Of a DNA stretch of 64,000 bases, positions 42,594-52,928 are shown one piece after another (position 1 is the stretch's first letter; each line of letters starts with the position of its first letter). The stretch covers positions 190,886 to 254,885 of the forward strand of contig JAJCYV010000022.1 of the NCBI GenBank assembly GCA_029262695.1, given 5' to 3'. The notes beneath the pieces are model-generated. The model made no database searches, was not told the origin of the DNA, and was given only the letters and a program-made list of their open reading frames with translations. The DNA is from Chloroflexota bacterium. Lineage in GTDB: Bacteria > Chloroflexota > Dehalococcoidia > SM23-28-2 > RBG-16-64-32. Both the position numbers and the translations under genes were made by a program.

Positions 42594-43205
42594 GTGACCA
42601 CTATCGGCGTCCTTGCCCTGCAGGGCGACTTCCTCGAACACGCTTCGGCGCTGCGCCGGATCGGCGCGGACGCCCGCGAAGTGCGCTCCGCCGAGCAGCT
42701 GCGCGCGCTCGGCGGGCTGATCATCCCCGGCGGCGAGAGCACTACCTTCGGCCGCTTGATGGCGGACTTCCACTTGCACGAACCGCTGCAAGTCTTCGTC
42801 CAATCAGGGATCCCGGCGTGGGGCACGTGCGCCGGCATGATCGCGCTCGCCCGCCACACCAGCGACCTGCCGTTCCCAACGCTGGAAGCGATCGACATCG
42901 CCGTCGACCGCAACGCCTACGGCCGTCAGGTGGACAGCTTCGAGGCGGACCTCGACGTCCCCGCGCTGGGCGCCGAGCCTTTCCACGCCGTCTTCATCCG
43001 GGCGCCCGTCGTCACCAGCGCCGGCGAAGGCGTCGAAGTGCTGGCCACCGTCCAGCACGACGGCGAACCGCAGACGCCCGTTGCCGTGCGGCAAGGTGTC
43101 GTTCTGGCGACGTCCTTCCACCCGGAGCTGACGCGCGACGACCGTTTCCACCAGTACTTCCTGGACATCGTCCGGTCGCAGAGCAGGACATCGGCAGCGA
43201 AATGA
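42594..43205 (+). CDS. pdxT: PLP synthase glutaminase subunit
   Basis: LALQGDF, PGGEST, GTCAG, RNAYGRQ, FIRAP, FHPE. Confidence 0.97.
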   Translation: MTTIGVLALQGDFLEHASALRRIGADAREVRSAEQLRALGGLIIPGGESTTFGRLMADFHLHEPLQVFVQSGIPAWGTCAGMIALARHTSDLPFPTLEAIDIAVDRNAYGRQVDSFEADLDVPALGAEPFHAVFIRAPVVTSAGEGVEVLATVQHDGEPQTPVAVRQGVVLATSFHPELTRDDRFHQYFLDIVRSQSRTSAAK

Positions 43206-44122
43206 CCTCCGCCAGACGCCCACTCCCCACCGACATCGTCGCGCTCATCTCCTTCGACGGACGCGTCTACCCGAACGAGGCGAAGCCACTCGACCGCCTC
43301 GGCCTCGGCAACGACAAGCCGCACGCGCTGGAGACGGCGCTGGAGCAGTGGTTCTCCTTCGCGACCGGCAAGCACACGTGGGTCAGCGTCCACGGCGCGA
43401 CGATCCGCGGGCTAATCTCCGCCCGTCCGCGCACCAAGCGCACGGCCTGGGAGGTCGAGGTGCTGATCAACACTACCGACGACGACTCCGTCTGGCAGTC
43501 GCTCTTCACGCGGATGCTCAGCGGCATCGGCAAGCACGGTGCGGAACGCATCTTCCTGCGCGTCGAACTGGACAGCCCGGTGCGACAGGCGGCGCGCGAC
43601 GCCGGCTTCTTCGCCTACGCTGAGGAATCGCTGCGAAGGCGCCCCGCTCTGCCGCCGCCGCCGAAGAGCGACTTGCCCGTGCGCCGCAGAGGAAAGTCGG
43701 AGGCGCTGGGCGTGTTTCAGCTCTACAGCCGCGAGATACCCGCCAACGTCCGAGCCATCGAGGGCGCAACGTTCCGTGAGTGGCAGGCCGCCCGGGAGAA
43801 GTGGGGCGGACGCTTCAGCGACCTGGTCGTCGAAGAGGACGGCGTCATCAGCGCCTGGAGCCGCGTCGTGCTGGGCCAGGTTAACCGCCTGGCGGCGCTT
43901 TCGGACAAGGGCTACGATGACATCGTCTCGGCGGCGCTCCAACTCATCGGCGAGCGCGAGGCCCACTGCCTGGCGCCGCGGCACGCGCCCGGCCTTGTGT
44001 CAGCGCTCGACCGGCTGGGCTTCCAGCCGGCCGGCGAGTTCTGCGCAATGGCGAAGCGCCTGGCGAAGCCCGCCGCGGAGCTGACTCCCAAGCGGACCGA
44101 GGAAGCGATCCCGGCGAACTAA
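43202..44122 (+). CDS. Hypothetical protein, possible tandem GNAT fold
   Basis: ATGA coupling to pdxT; two halves each ending in GF motifs. Confidence 0.65.
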   Translation: MTSARRPLPTDIVALISFDGRVYPNEAKPLDRLGLGNDKPHALETALEQWFSFATGKHTWVSVHGATIRGLISARPRTKRTAWEVEVLINTTDDDSVWQSLFTRMLSGIGKHGAERIFLRVELDSPVRQAARDAGFFAYAEESLRRRPALPPPPKSDLPVRRRGKSEALGVFQLYSREIPANVRAIEGATFREWQAAREKWGGRFSDLVVEEDGVISAWSRVVLGQVNRLAALSDKGYDDIVSAALQLIGEREAHCLAPRHAPGLVSALDRLGFQPAGEFCAMAKRLAKPAAELTPKRTEEAIPAN

Positions 44123-44125
44123 CAG

Positions 44126-45688
44126 ATGCTAAACATCACCGACGACCTCGACACCCTCCTCGAAGTGCTTCCCGCGCACGTCGCCAACGCCGTGCGCGAG
44201 CGGCCGAACAACTTCGCCCTGCTGGAGATCGTGCTCGACCTCGGCCGGACGCCGGAGGCACGCTATCCGCACGAAGAAGCGATCCTCAGCGAGACCGAAG
44301 TGACGGAGGCGGACATCGACTTTGTCGTCTCCCGCATCGGCATGTTCACCAGCGACAACCGCGCCGGCATCGAGCGCACGCTGCACCGCATCTCCTGCAT
44401 CCGCAACCGGCAGGGGCGCATCATCGGGCTGACGCTGCGCGTCGGCCGCGCCGTCTTCGGGACGATCCGCATCATCGAGGACCTCGTGCGCGAAGAAAAG
44501 AGCGTGCTGCTCCTGGGGCGCCCGGGCGTCGGCAAGACGACGATGCTCCGCGAGGTCGCGCGCTTCCTCGCCGACGACCAGAACAAGCGCGTGATCGTCG
44601 TCGATACGTCCAACGAGATCGCCGGCGACGGTGACATTCCGCACCCCGGCATCGGCAGCGCGCGCCGCATGCAGGTGCCCTCGCCTGAGCTGCAGCACGC
44701 CGTAATGATTGAGGCCGTGGAGAACCACATGCCGGAAGTGATCATCATCGACGAGATCGGCACAGACCTCGAGGCCGCGGCCGCGCGGACGATCGCCGAG
44801 CGCGGCGTCCAGCTGATCGCCACCGCGCACGGCAACGCGCTCGAAAACCTGATCATGAACCCGACGCTGTCGGACCTGGTCGGCGGCATTGAGTCCGTTA
44901 CGCTTAGCGACGAAGAAGCGCGCCGCCGCGGCACGCAGAAGGCGGTCCTGGAGCGCCGCGCCCCGCCCACCTTCGACATCCTCGTCGAGATCCAGTCCTA
45001 TAACCAGGTCGCCGTCCACGCGAGCGTCGCCGAAACGGTCGACTCCATCCTCCGTGGCTACGACGTGCCGCCCGAGATTAGAGAGCTGAGCCCCGAGGGC
45101 GAGGTCAAGAGCGCCAAAGGGCCGGCGGGCAAAGAACGTCGCCGCGCGGATAGCGCTCGCATCACCGCCGCTGGAGGTGCCGGCCTCGCCGAGGAGGCCG
45201 GTACCCGCCTGCCGCCTGAGCGGGGACCGGAGCGGCGCATCTACCCGTTCGGCGTCTCCCGTCAGCGCTTGCAGCAGGCGATGCGCGAGACGCAGTTCCC
45301 CGGCGCGCTCGTCGATCACCTCGACGACGCCGACGTGGTGATCACGCTCAGGCCGTACTACCGCCGCAAGCCGCAGACGCTGCACGACGCCGAGGCGCGC
45401 TCGATACCCATCTACGTCGTCAAGAGCAACACCGTCGTCCAGCTGGAGCAGGTGCTCCTCACGATGCGCAGCGAGCGGTCGGGCGACCCGGTGACGACGG
45501 CCCTGAAGGAGGCCGAGGACGCGATCGGGCACGTGCTCAACAAGTACAACCCGGTGGACCTGAACCCACAGAACGCCTACATCCGCCGTCTTCAGCACAT
45601 GACCGCCCAGCGCTACAACCTCACGTCGCGAAGCGTCGGCAAAGAGCCGAACCGCTTCGTCCGCATCACTCCCGGCGGGGCCAGCTAG
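44126..45688 (+). CDS. Ycf45/SpoIIIAA-like AAA ATPase with C-terminal R3H domain
   Basis: GRPGVGKTT, DTSNEIAGDGD, IIDEIG, RRLQH. Confidence 0.9.
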   Translation: MLNITDDLDTLLEVLPAHVANAVRERPNNFALLEIVLDLGRTPEARYPHEEAILSETEVTEADIDFVVSRIGMFTSDNRAGIERTLHRISCIRNRQGRIIGLTLRVGRAVFGTIRIIEDLVREEKSVLLLGRPGVGKTTMLREVARFLADDQNKRVIVVDTSNEIAGDGDIPHPGIGSARRMQVPSPELQHAVMIEAVENHMPEVIIIDEIGTDLEAAAARTIAERGVQLIATAHGNALENLIMNPTLSDLVGGIESVTLSDEEARRRGTQKAVLERRAPPTFDILVEIQSYNQVAVHASVAETVDSILRGYDVPPEIRELSPEGEVKSAKGPAGKERRRADSARITAAGGAGLAEEAGTRLPPERGPERRIYPFGVSRQRLQQAMRETQFPGALVDHLDDADVVITLRPYYRRKPQTLHDAEARSIPIYVVKSNTVVQLEQVLLTMRSERSGDPVTTALKEAEDAIGHVLNKYNPVDLNPQNAYIRRLQHMTAQRYNLTSRSVGKEPNRFVRITPGGAS

Positions 45689-45691
45689 CAC

Positions 45692-46354
45692 GTGGCCGGC
45701 GACGACCGACGCGGAACGTTCATCACTTTCGAGGGCGGCGAAGGCTCCGGCAAGTCCACTACAGCCGAGCAGGCCGCCGCCCGGCTGCGAGAGCAGGGAC
45801 ACGACGTGTTACTCACCCGCGAGCCGGAGGGGACAGAGCTGGGCCGCCACATCTGGACCTTCTTCCGCGAGCTGGCGGCCACAGACAAGACGATGACGGC
45901 CGAGGCAGAACTCTTCCTCTTCGCCGCCGCCCGCGCGGAGCACGTGCGCACCGTCATCGCGCCAGCGCTTGCGTCCGGGCGGCTCGTCCTCTGCGACCGC
46001 TTTGCCGACTCCACAACCGCGTACCAGGGTTATGGCCGGGGCGTCGACCTGTCGGCCATCGAGGCCGCGAACCTCGCCGCTTGCGGTGGTCATTCGCCGG
46101 ATCTGACGCTGGTTCTCGACGTGCCCGCAGCAGAAGGCCTGAGCCGGGCACGTGCGCTCGAAGCAGACGACGCCAAGAGCGCGGACTCCATCGGGTCTGA
46201 ATCGCTGGCCTTTCACGACCGCGTCCGCGAGGGCTTCCTGGCGATCGCCAGGGCGCACCCGGGGCGCGTCAAGGTCGTCGACGCGTCCGGCCCGCTTGAG
46301 GGCGTCGAGGCAGCAGCGATCGAGGCGATCGAACGCGTGCTCGCGGGCCGATAA
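45692..46354 (+). CDS. tmk: Thymidylate kinase
   Basis: FEGGEGSGKST, TREP, DRFADST.AYQG. Confidence 0.95.
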   Translation: MAGDDRRGTFITFEGGEGSGKSTTAEQAAARLREQGHDVLLTREPEGTELGRHIWTFFRELAATDKTMTAEAELFLFAAARAEHVRTVIAPALASGRLVLCDRFADSTTAYQGYGRGVDLSAIEAANLAACGGHSPDLTLVLDVPAAEGLSRARALEADDAKSADSIGSESLAFHDRVREGFLAIARAHPGRVKVVDASGPLEGVEAAAIEAIERVLAGR

Positions 46355-46447
46355 TCGCTGGACAAAGCGCTCGGCCGCTCGCTAAGATGGATACACCGCC
46401 CCTTAGCCAGGTCTGCTGGCGCTCGGGCGGTGGAAGAAGGAGGAGCA

Positions 46448-46798
46448 TTGGGTACTCGATCTGCGGCAAAAGCCCATCGTCAATCCCTGGAACGCCGTCT
46501 GCGAAACCGCGCCATCAAAAGCGCCACGAAGACGGCCGTCAAGAAGGCGAACGACGCCATCCTGAGCGGTGATCTGGACGCCGCGCGTGACGTCGTGCAG
46601 GAAGCCGTCGTCGCGCTGGACAAGGCAGCGCAAAAGGGTGTGCTCCATGACAATAACTCCGCGCGTCACAAGTCGCGGCTGCTGACCAAGTACAACGCCG
46701 CCGTCGCCGTCCGCCAGGTTTCTGGTGAAGAGCCGACGACAGAGGCCAAGGCGCCGAAGAAGCGCGCCTCAGCCAGCAAGAAGACGTCCAAGAAGTAG
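46448..46798 (+). CDS. rpsT: 30S ribosomal protein S20 with Lys-rich C-terminal extension
   Basis: SAAKAHRQ..RN..KS..KT, LDKAAQKGVLHDN.SARHKSRL; TTG after GGAGGAG. Confidence 0.93.
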   Translation: MGTRSAAKAHRQSLERRLRNRAIKSATKTAVKKANDAILSGDLDAARDVVQEAVVALDKAAQKGVLHDNNSARHKSRLLTKYNAAVAVRQVSGEEPTTEAKAPKKRASASKKTSKK

Positions 46799-46912
46799 CA
46801 TCTGCCGCCCCCGTTCCGCGCCCGCATGGACGGCACTTGACAGCGGTGCTATTCTATTGCGCGGATTCGCTCTGGATAAGCAATTGCTTAGTTAGCCACT
46901 GAAGGAGGCCCA

Positions 46913-47251
46913 ATGACCCAGGAGCTACCCAACTCGATCAAGGAAATCATGGACGGGATGCCCGGTGCGTTCCAGGCCGACAAGGCCGCGGGTGCCAACG
47001 CCACGATCCAGTTCAACTTCACCGGCGACGAGCCGGGCAACTACACCGTCAAGGTGGCCGATGGCAAGTGTGAAGTCGCAGAGGGCACCAACGACAGCCC
47101 CACCGTCGCCATCAACTCCCCCTCCGACGTGTGGCTGAAGATCACGCGCCGCGAACTCGACGGCGCAACCGCATTCATGAGCGGCCAGTTCACCTTCACC
47201 GGTGACATGGGCGTCCTCATGCAGATGCAGAACTGGTTCGCGCAGGGCTAA
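46913..47251 (+). CDS. SCP2 sterol-binding domain protein, copy 1
   Basis: IQFNFTG, AFMSGQF..TGDM. Confidence 0.9.
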   Translation: MTQELPNSIKEIMDGMPGAFQADKAAGANATIQFNFTGDEPGNYTVKVADGKCEVAEGTNDSPTVAINSPSDVWLKITRRELDGATAFMSGQFTFTGDMGVLMQMQNWFAQG

Positions 47252-47504
47252 GCACCGACCGATCGCGAATTCAGCCGGCGGCTGGCGAAAGTCAGCCGCC
47301 GGTTTGCGTTCCGGCCCAACTTCGGCAACGAGACGCACGCGCAGCGATCACTCAAGACGCTGGCTGGTCACCCGTCAGGAAGGACACCCACCAAGGCACC
47401 TTGCCACCCAGCACGAACTCGAAGTCTGCGCTCGGTGTGCTATTCTATTGCGCGGATTCGCTCTGGATAAGCAATCGCTTAGTTAGCCACTGAAGGAGGC
47501 CCAA

Positions 47505-47843
47505 ATGACCCAGGAGCTACCCACTTCAATCAAGCAGATCATGGACGGGATGCCCGGTGCGTTCCAGGCCGACAAGGCCGCAGGCGCCAACGCCACGATC
47601 CAGTTCAACTTCACCGGCGATGAGCCGGGCAACTACACGGTCAAGGTGGCCGATGGCAAGTGTGAAGTCGCAGAGGGCACCGACGACAGCCCCACCGTCG
47701 CCATCAACTCCCCCTCCGACGTGTGGCTGAAGATCACACGCGGCGAGCTTGACGGCTCAACCGCATTCATGAGCGGCCAGTTCACCTTCACCGGTGACAT
47801 GGGCGTCCTCATGCAGATGCAGAACTGGTTCGCGCAGGGCTAA
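47505..47843 (+). CDS. SCP2 sterol-binding domain protein, copy 2
   Basis: Differs from copy 1 at 5 residues. Confidence 0.9.
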   Translation: MTQELPTSIKQIMDGMPGAFQADKAAGANATIQFNFTGDEPGNYTVKVADGKCEVAEGTDDSPTVAINSPSDVWLKITRGELDGSTAFMSGQFTFTGDMGVLMQMQNWFAQG

Positions 47844-47883
47844 ACACCGACCGATCGCGAATTCAGCCGGCGGCTGGCGAAAG

Positions 47884-49365
47884 TCAGCCGCCGGTCTGCG
47901 TTCCGGCGAAGCTGCCCAGCGGCATGGGAACATCGGCGCCCAGCACAACGACGACCCCCGCGCTGGTGTCCAGGAAGTCCGCCGCCCTGGCGTCTGATCC
48001 GCTGATCACGCTCCCGTCCGGCAGACCCAGCCACTCCGCCACCTTGCCCGCCGTGTGGTCCGCGTCATCGTTGACGTCGATCACGATCGTCGTGTCGTAC
48101 AGGTTGCCGTCGGCGTACTCGTCGATGAGGATCTGCTCCGAGCTGATGCCTTTGCCACGCAGAACGCCCGCGAAGTCTCCGGCCAGGTCCGGCACCACCG
48201 TGCCGTTGAGCACCTCCACCCGCGCGTACTCCTGGGACAGGATGCTGTCGCTGAACACCTGCGCCTTCAGCTCTTCGAACTTCACCGGGTCCCAGGAGAG
48301 GACGGCCGCCGGCCCACAGTTACAGGGGTAGGTGGCGCCGGCCGCGGAGACAGTCCGCAGGTTGTCCAGGCCAACCTGCGTGCCCAGGAGCGCCAGGCCG
48401 GGCACCTTGATCGCCGGTATGTCCGTGCTGACCGATTGCGTGTACTGGTTGTAAAGGCTCTTGGCCTTGCCGACGTCGAACAGGTTGAGGCTCAGCGCCT
48501 TTTGTGCCACTGCCTGCATCACGTCTTGCTGCCGCTCGATGCGCTTGAAGTCATCGTCGCTCTTGCGGATGCGAGCGTAGGCGAGCGCGCGCTGGCCATC
48601 CATGTGCTCAGGGCCCGGCACGAACTCCACCGGGTAGACGTTGCTGCAGAACGAGCATTCGGCGTAGGCGGGATCGTAGGCGTACCTCTTGACGTTCACG
48701 TCGATGCCACCAAGCTCGTCGATGATCTCGATGAAGCTCGCCCAGTTCATCACCACGTAGTAGTCGATCGGAATCCCGAAGTTGAGATCGATCGTGTCCA
48801 TCGCCAGCTGCGCACCGCCGCCGGGATAGCTGCTCAGCGTCGTGTACTCGCCCATCTCGTAGACCACGTTGATGCGGTTCCTGATGAAGACACCGCCGTC
48901 GCCGTCGGGGATATCGACGAGCGTGTCGCGCGGAATGGAGAAGGCGCCGGCCGTCTTGGCGAAAGGGTCGATGGTGAAGACCACAACGCTGTCCGTGCGA
49001 TAGGGCTCGTCCGAAGCATCGTCGAGGCGCTGGTCGAGGCCGAGCAGCAGGATGTTTATGCGCTCGTCGATCGTCTCCGCGCTGTCCTTGTCGTTGCCGC
49101 CTTCGACGAAGGGCAGCGCCTGGACAACGGGAATTCGCAGCTCGTTACCGGGCAAGAGGTCGTCGTCAATCTGCGTCGCCATCGCCGCGAAAGCGTAGAG
49201 CGAAAGCAGCGAGAAGGCGAAGATGCCGACGATGAGTGGGACGTTGAAGTGGCCGCGGTACCGCTGATCTCCAGCGTTGTTGGTGTCTTCCGGGGACGGG
49301 TCCTTGGTCAAGCAGCTCTCCCGGGCCTCAGGCCTCGTTATTGGGGCGGACGCTCGCGTGAGCAC
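47884..49365 (-). CDS. LCP (LytR-CpsA-Psr) family protein with LytR_C domain
   Basis: NILLLGLD, RTDS, SIPRD, YARIR, DF.RI.RQQ, VEVLNGT. Confidence 0.92.
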   Translation of the reverse strand: MLTRASAPITRPEARESCLTKDPSPEDTNNAGDQRYRGHFNVPLIVGIFAFSLLSLYAFAAMATQIDDDLLPGNELRIPVVQALPFVEGGNDKDSAETIDERINILLLGLDQRLDDASDEPYRTDSVVVFTIDPFAKTAGAFSIPRDTLVDIPDGDGGVFIRNRINVVYEMGEYTTLSSYPGGGAQLAMDTIDLNFGIPIDYYVVMNWASFIEIIDELGGIDVNVKRYAYDPAYAECSFCSNVYPVEFVPGPEHMDGQRALAYARIRKSDDDFKRIERQQDVMQAVAQKALSLNLFDVGKAKSLYNQYTQSVSTDIPAIKVPGLALLGTQVGLDNLRTVSAAGATYPCNCGPAAVLSWDPVKFEELKAQVFSDSILSQEYARVEVLNGTVVPDLAGDFAGVLRGKGISSEQILIDEYADGNLYDTTIVIDVNDDADHTAGKVAEWLGLPDGSVISGSDARAADFLDTSAGVVVVLGADVPMPLGSFAGTQTGG

Positions 49366-49623
49366 CCACGATCGTATGCGGCGACGCGAGGCGCAGGCCG
49401 GCCGGACGTCGGTTCATCTACGCTTAACAACGCGCTCGATCGGCCAAAAGTTCCTCAGCTCAGAGTGTCGGCGCCAATTCTCTGGCATGCTCGTGGCCGA
49501 TTTGACCCGCCACTTTTGGCTAGCGTAGCATCGGGCTCAAACGCGAGCAACGAGCGCACCCGCGCGCTTTCGGTCCCGCCTGAACTCCATCCACAGCGCT
49601 CCTTCGAGCCGTATCACTGCCCG

Positions 49624-51885
49624 ATGACCCTCGCCCCTCACACCATCCGGCGCCTCCGACGCTGCGGCGTCTTCGCCGTCGCCCTCGCGGCGGTCTGGGG
49701 GTGCGGCGGCGGCACCGCGCCGACCGCAACGCCTACCCCCACGGACTCCGGGCCGGCGATCTCGCCCGTGGCGTCCGGGACACCGATTGACTTCACCAGG
49801 GCAGAGCGCCTGTACTACGAGGGCGACTTCGAGGGGGCGCTGGCCATCTATTCAGCGTCAGTCGAAAACGGCGACGAGGCCGAACGGCAGGCCGGACTCT
49901 GGGAGATCGCCCGCATCCAGGCGGACCGCGGCGAGAGCGCCGATGCCGAGCGCAACCTGGAGCTGCTCCGCGAGATGTCACCGGACGCCGACACCGACCG
50001 CCGGGCGCTGCTGCTGCTGGGCAGCGTTGAGTTCGCGCAGGGGGACCTCGACGAAGCGCGCGAGGCGTTCGAGGCCTACCTGGAGACGGACGGGCCGGCC
50101 TCGTCGTACGCACACCTCGGCCTAGCGGACGTCGAGTCCGCCGACGACGACGCCGACGCAGCGCTGGAGCAAATAGTCGTGGCGATCGCCGGTGGCCTGC
50201 CGGACGGCGCTGAGGCCGACGCCATGTTCACGCTGGCGGCGCTCTACGAGGCGAAGGACGACTACAACAGGGCGGCTGACACGCTGCAGAGCATCACGAC
50301 CTCGGCGTCAGACGCGGACGCCTCAGAAGCGCTCTGGCGCCGCGGCAACCTGGAGGCCGGGCGCGGCGATGATGCGGCGGCGCAGGCCGCATACCGGACG
50401 CTGATCCGGAGCTATCCGGGCTCGGCGCGCGCCCTCGATGCGCTCAACACGGCGCAGGCGGCGGCTGACCTCTTCCTCACGACGTTTGACCGCGCCTTTG
50501 TCTACTTCGTCCAGCGCATCAACGGCCTGGCGCAAACTGCGTTCCAGGACATTCTCGCGAGCCCGGCGACGGGCACAGTGGCCGCCGCCGAGGCGCACTA
50601 CTACCTCGGCATCCTCTCCGAGCGCTTCTCCCTCTACGACGACGCCCTCACCCACTACGACGCCGCCATCGCCCTCCTCTCGCCCGGCCTGGACGACCCG
50701 CTGCGCGGCCAGTCGACCTGGGACCGCGCCACCGTCCTCGAACTTCAGGGCGACATCGACGGAGCGATCGCCGGGTTCGCGGCCGTCGGCGAAGTGCCCG
50801 GCGCCGAGCTTGCCGGCGAAGGAACGTTCCGGGCAGGCCTCCTCGCCTACAACCTCGGCCGGACCGGCGACGCGATCACGCACTGGACGCGCTTCTCGCA
50901 GGTCGCGGCCAGCGCCGCCGACCGCGCGCGGGCGCACTACTGGCTCGGCCTGGCGTACAGAGGCCCCGACGCCCAGCGGGCGCAGGACGAGTTCGCGGCC
51001 GCTGCCGCCGCCGACCCGCTCGGCTACTACGGGCTCGTCGCCTCCGGCCGGGCCGATCCGGACTTCTGCTGCCAGGACGGCGACCCGCCGGGCACATCGA
51101 GCGACGTCGAGCGGTGGCTGGAAGCGAACGTCGGGCCCGAGACCGGCACGAACCGCAGCAGCGCTCTCTTCGCGGGCGATCAATGGCAGCGCGCCGTCGA
51201 GCTGCACGAGGCGGGCCTGTCAGCCCGCGCGGACGATGAGTTCCGCGAGATGCTGGAGGACGTCACCGGCGATTCGTGGCTCCTCTACCGCCTCGCCGAG
51301 GAGACGAGCAGCCTCGGCCTGCCCTGGATATCGACGCTGGCGGCGCAGCGGCTCGCCCTGCGCTACGCCGACCCGCCGCCGGCGCTCCTTCGCCTCGTCT
51401 ACCCGCGGGAGTACTGGGACCTGGTGCAGGCGGAAGCGAAGGAGTACGACTTCGATCCGTACCTCATGCTCTCGATGATGCGGCAGGAAAGCCTCTACTT
51501 CCCGCGCGCCGTCTCGCCGGCGGACGCCCTGGGCCTGACGCAGGTCATCCCGCCGACCGCCGACGGGATCGCCGCCGCGCTCGAGGTCGAGGACTTCACG
51601 TACCTCGACCTCTTCCGGCCGTACGTCTCGGTCCGCTTCGGCGCGTACTACGTCGGCACGCAGCTCGACGAGTTCGGCGGCAACGAGCGCGCGGCCGTCG
51701 CCGCCTACAACGGCGGGCCGGCCAACGCCGAATCGTGGCTCGCGGCCGCCGGCGGCGACAACGACATCTTCGTGGAGACGATCACCTTCTCCGAGACACG
51801 CAGCTACGTCGAGCTCGTGCTGGAGAACTACGCGCTCTACCGTTACGCCTGGGGCGAGACATCCCGCCCGGCGCTCTCGCCCTGA
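49624..51885 (+). CDS. TPR-containing soluble lytic transglycosylase lipoprotein
   Basis: VWGC lipobox; RQES, GLTQV, AYNGG, ETRSYV. Confidence 0.9.
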   Translation: MTLAPHTIRRLRRCGVFAVALAAVWGCGGGTAPTATPTPTDSGPAISPVASGTPIDFTRAERLYYEGDFEGALAIYSASVENGDEAERQAGLWEIARIQADRGESADAERNLELLREMSPDADTDRRALLLLGSVEFAQGDLDEAREAFEAYLETDGPASSYAHLGLADVESADDDADAALEQIVVAIAGGLPDGAEADAMFTLAALYEAKDDYNRAADTLQSITTSASDADASEALWRRGNLEAGRGDDAAAQAAYRTLIRSYPGSARALDALNTAQAAADLFLTTFDRAFVYFVQRINGLAQTAFQDILASPATGTVAAAEAHYYLGILSERFSLYDDALTHYDAAIALLSPGLDDPLRGQSTWDRATVLELQGDIDGAIAGFAAVGEVPGAELAGEGTFRAGLLAYNLGRTGDAITHWTRFSQVAASAADRARAHYWLGLAYRGPDAQRAQDEFAAAAAADPLGYYGLVASGRADPDFCCQDGDPPGTSSDVERWLEANVGPETGTNRSSALFAGDQWQRAVELHEAGLSARADDEFREMLEDVTGDSWLLYRLAEETSSLGLPWISTLAAQRLALRYADPPPALLRLVYPREYWDLVQAEAKEYDFDPYLMLSMMRQESLYFPRAVSPADALGLTQVIPPTADGIAAALEVEDFTYLDLFRPYVSVRFGAYYVGTQLDEFGGNERAAVAAYNGGPANAESWLAAAGGDNDIFVETITFSETRSYVELVLENYALYRYAWGETSRPALSP

Positions 51886-51931
51886 CGCCTCGCTAGACCG
51901 GCGCGCAGCGCGGCGATACGATGGCCGCGCC

Positions 51932-52804
51932 ATGCCTGACGCCGTTTCCGTTCGAGTCCCCGCCACCAGTGCCAACCTGGGCCCCGGCTTCGATTGCCTG
52001 GGCCTGGCGCTCGACCTGTGGGGCACGATCACCGTCCGCCGCTCCAGCGAGCGGACGGAGGACGAGCCGATGGCGGCGATGGCGTTGCTCGGCGCCCGCA
52101 GGGTCTTCGAGCGCAGCCACACCGACGCCTACCAGTGGCACGCCTCTTACGAGGGGACGCTCCCGATCGCGCGCGGCCTCGGCGCCAGCGCGGTCGCCCG
52201 CGTCGGCGGCATCGTCGCCGCGAACGTGCTGTCCGGCGAGAAGCTGAACGACGAAGAGCTACTCTCGATAGCGACAGACCTTGAGGGTCACGCGGACAAC
52301 GCCGCACCGGCCCTCTTCGGCGGCTTCCAGGTCTCGGCGGTCGAAGGCGATCGCGTCTTCCACACGTCGGCGCCGCTGCCGGACGGGCTGCAGGCCGTGC
52401 TCTTCGTCCCCGAGGTGCGGATGGCGACGAAGGACGCCCGCCGCGTCGTCCCGGACTCGCTCTCACGCGCCGACGCCGTGTTCAACATCGGCCGCTCGTC
52501 GCTGCTCGTCGCGGCGCTGGCCAGCGGACGGCTCGACTTGCTCGACGCCGCGACGCAGGACCGGTTGCACCAGCGACAACGCGCGGAGCTGATGCCGGCG
52601 ATGGTCCCGGTCTTCGAGGCCGCGCGCGGGGCCGGCGCCCACTGCGCCTACCTCTCGGGCAGCGGCTCGACGATCTGCGCGCTGGCGACGGAGAACGCCG
52701 AGGAGATCGGCGCCGCGATGAGCGAGGCCGGCAGCGCAAACGACGCGCCGGGCGAGACGATCATCACCCGCCCGTCCGCCAAGGGCGCCGAGGTGGAGGC
52801 GTGA
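51932..52804 (+). CDS. thrB: Homoserine kinase
   Basis: PATSANLGPGFD, PIARGLGASA, EGHADN, SGSGST. Confidence 0.96.
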   Translation: MPDAVSVRVPATSANLGPGFDCLGLALDLWGTITVRRSSERTEDEPMAAMALLGARRVFERSHTDAYQWHASYEGTLPIARGLGASAVARVGGIVAANVLSGEKLNDEELLSIATDLEGHADNAAPALFGGFQVSAVEGDRVFHTSAPLPDGLQAVLFVPEVRMATKDARRVVPDSLSRADAVFNIGRSSLLVAALASGRLDLLDAATQDRLHQRQRAELMPAMVPVFEAARGAGAHCAYLSGSGSTICALATENAEEIGAAMSEAGSANDAPGETIITRPSAKGAEVEA

Positions 52805-52822
52805 CACGACCATCCGCAGCAC

Positions 52823-52910
52823 GTAGCCGCAGGGCTTCAGCCCTGCCTCAATCGAGAACCCTCAGAAGGTCAGGCTTCAGCCTGACCCGCGGCCGGACTG
52901 AAGCCCGGCC
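52823..52910. repeat. REP-type palindromes (52823-52846, 52868-52887, 52891-52910)
   Basis: GTAGCCGCAGGGCTTCAGCCCTGC and related; same family as those at 22.9 kb. Confidence 0.75.
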
Positions 52911-52928
52911 TTCTGATTCGGATACGTC

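Larger units (their letters stand above)
46846..47907. repeat. Tandem duplication of a ~470-bp unit (46846-47315 and 47437-47907)
   Basis: Near-identical promoter, SCP2 gene and terminator in both copies. Confidence 0.95.

Noticed and set aside
42594-43205. pdxT without an adjacent pdxS
   Set aside because: Split pdxS/pdxT loci are common; pdxS may be elsewhere in the genome
48055-49623. N-terminal 523 codons of the 1276-aa ORF
   Set aside because: Antisense to the LCP gene; the real SLT protein starts at about 49624 with a signal peptide
52805-52928. Lysine riboswitch or T-box before aspartokinase
   Set aside because: Too short and fully explained by REP-like palindromes
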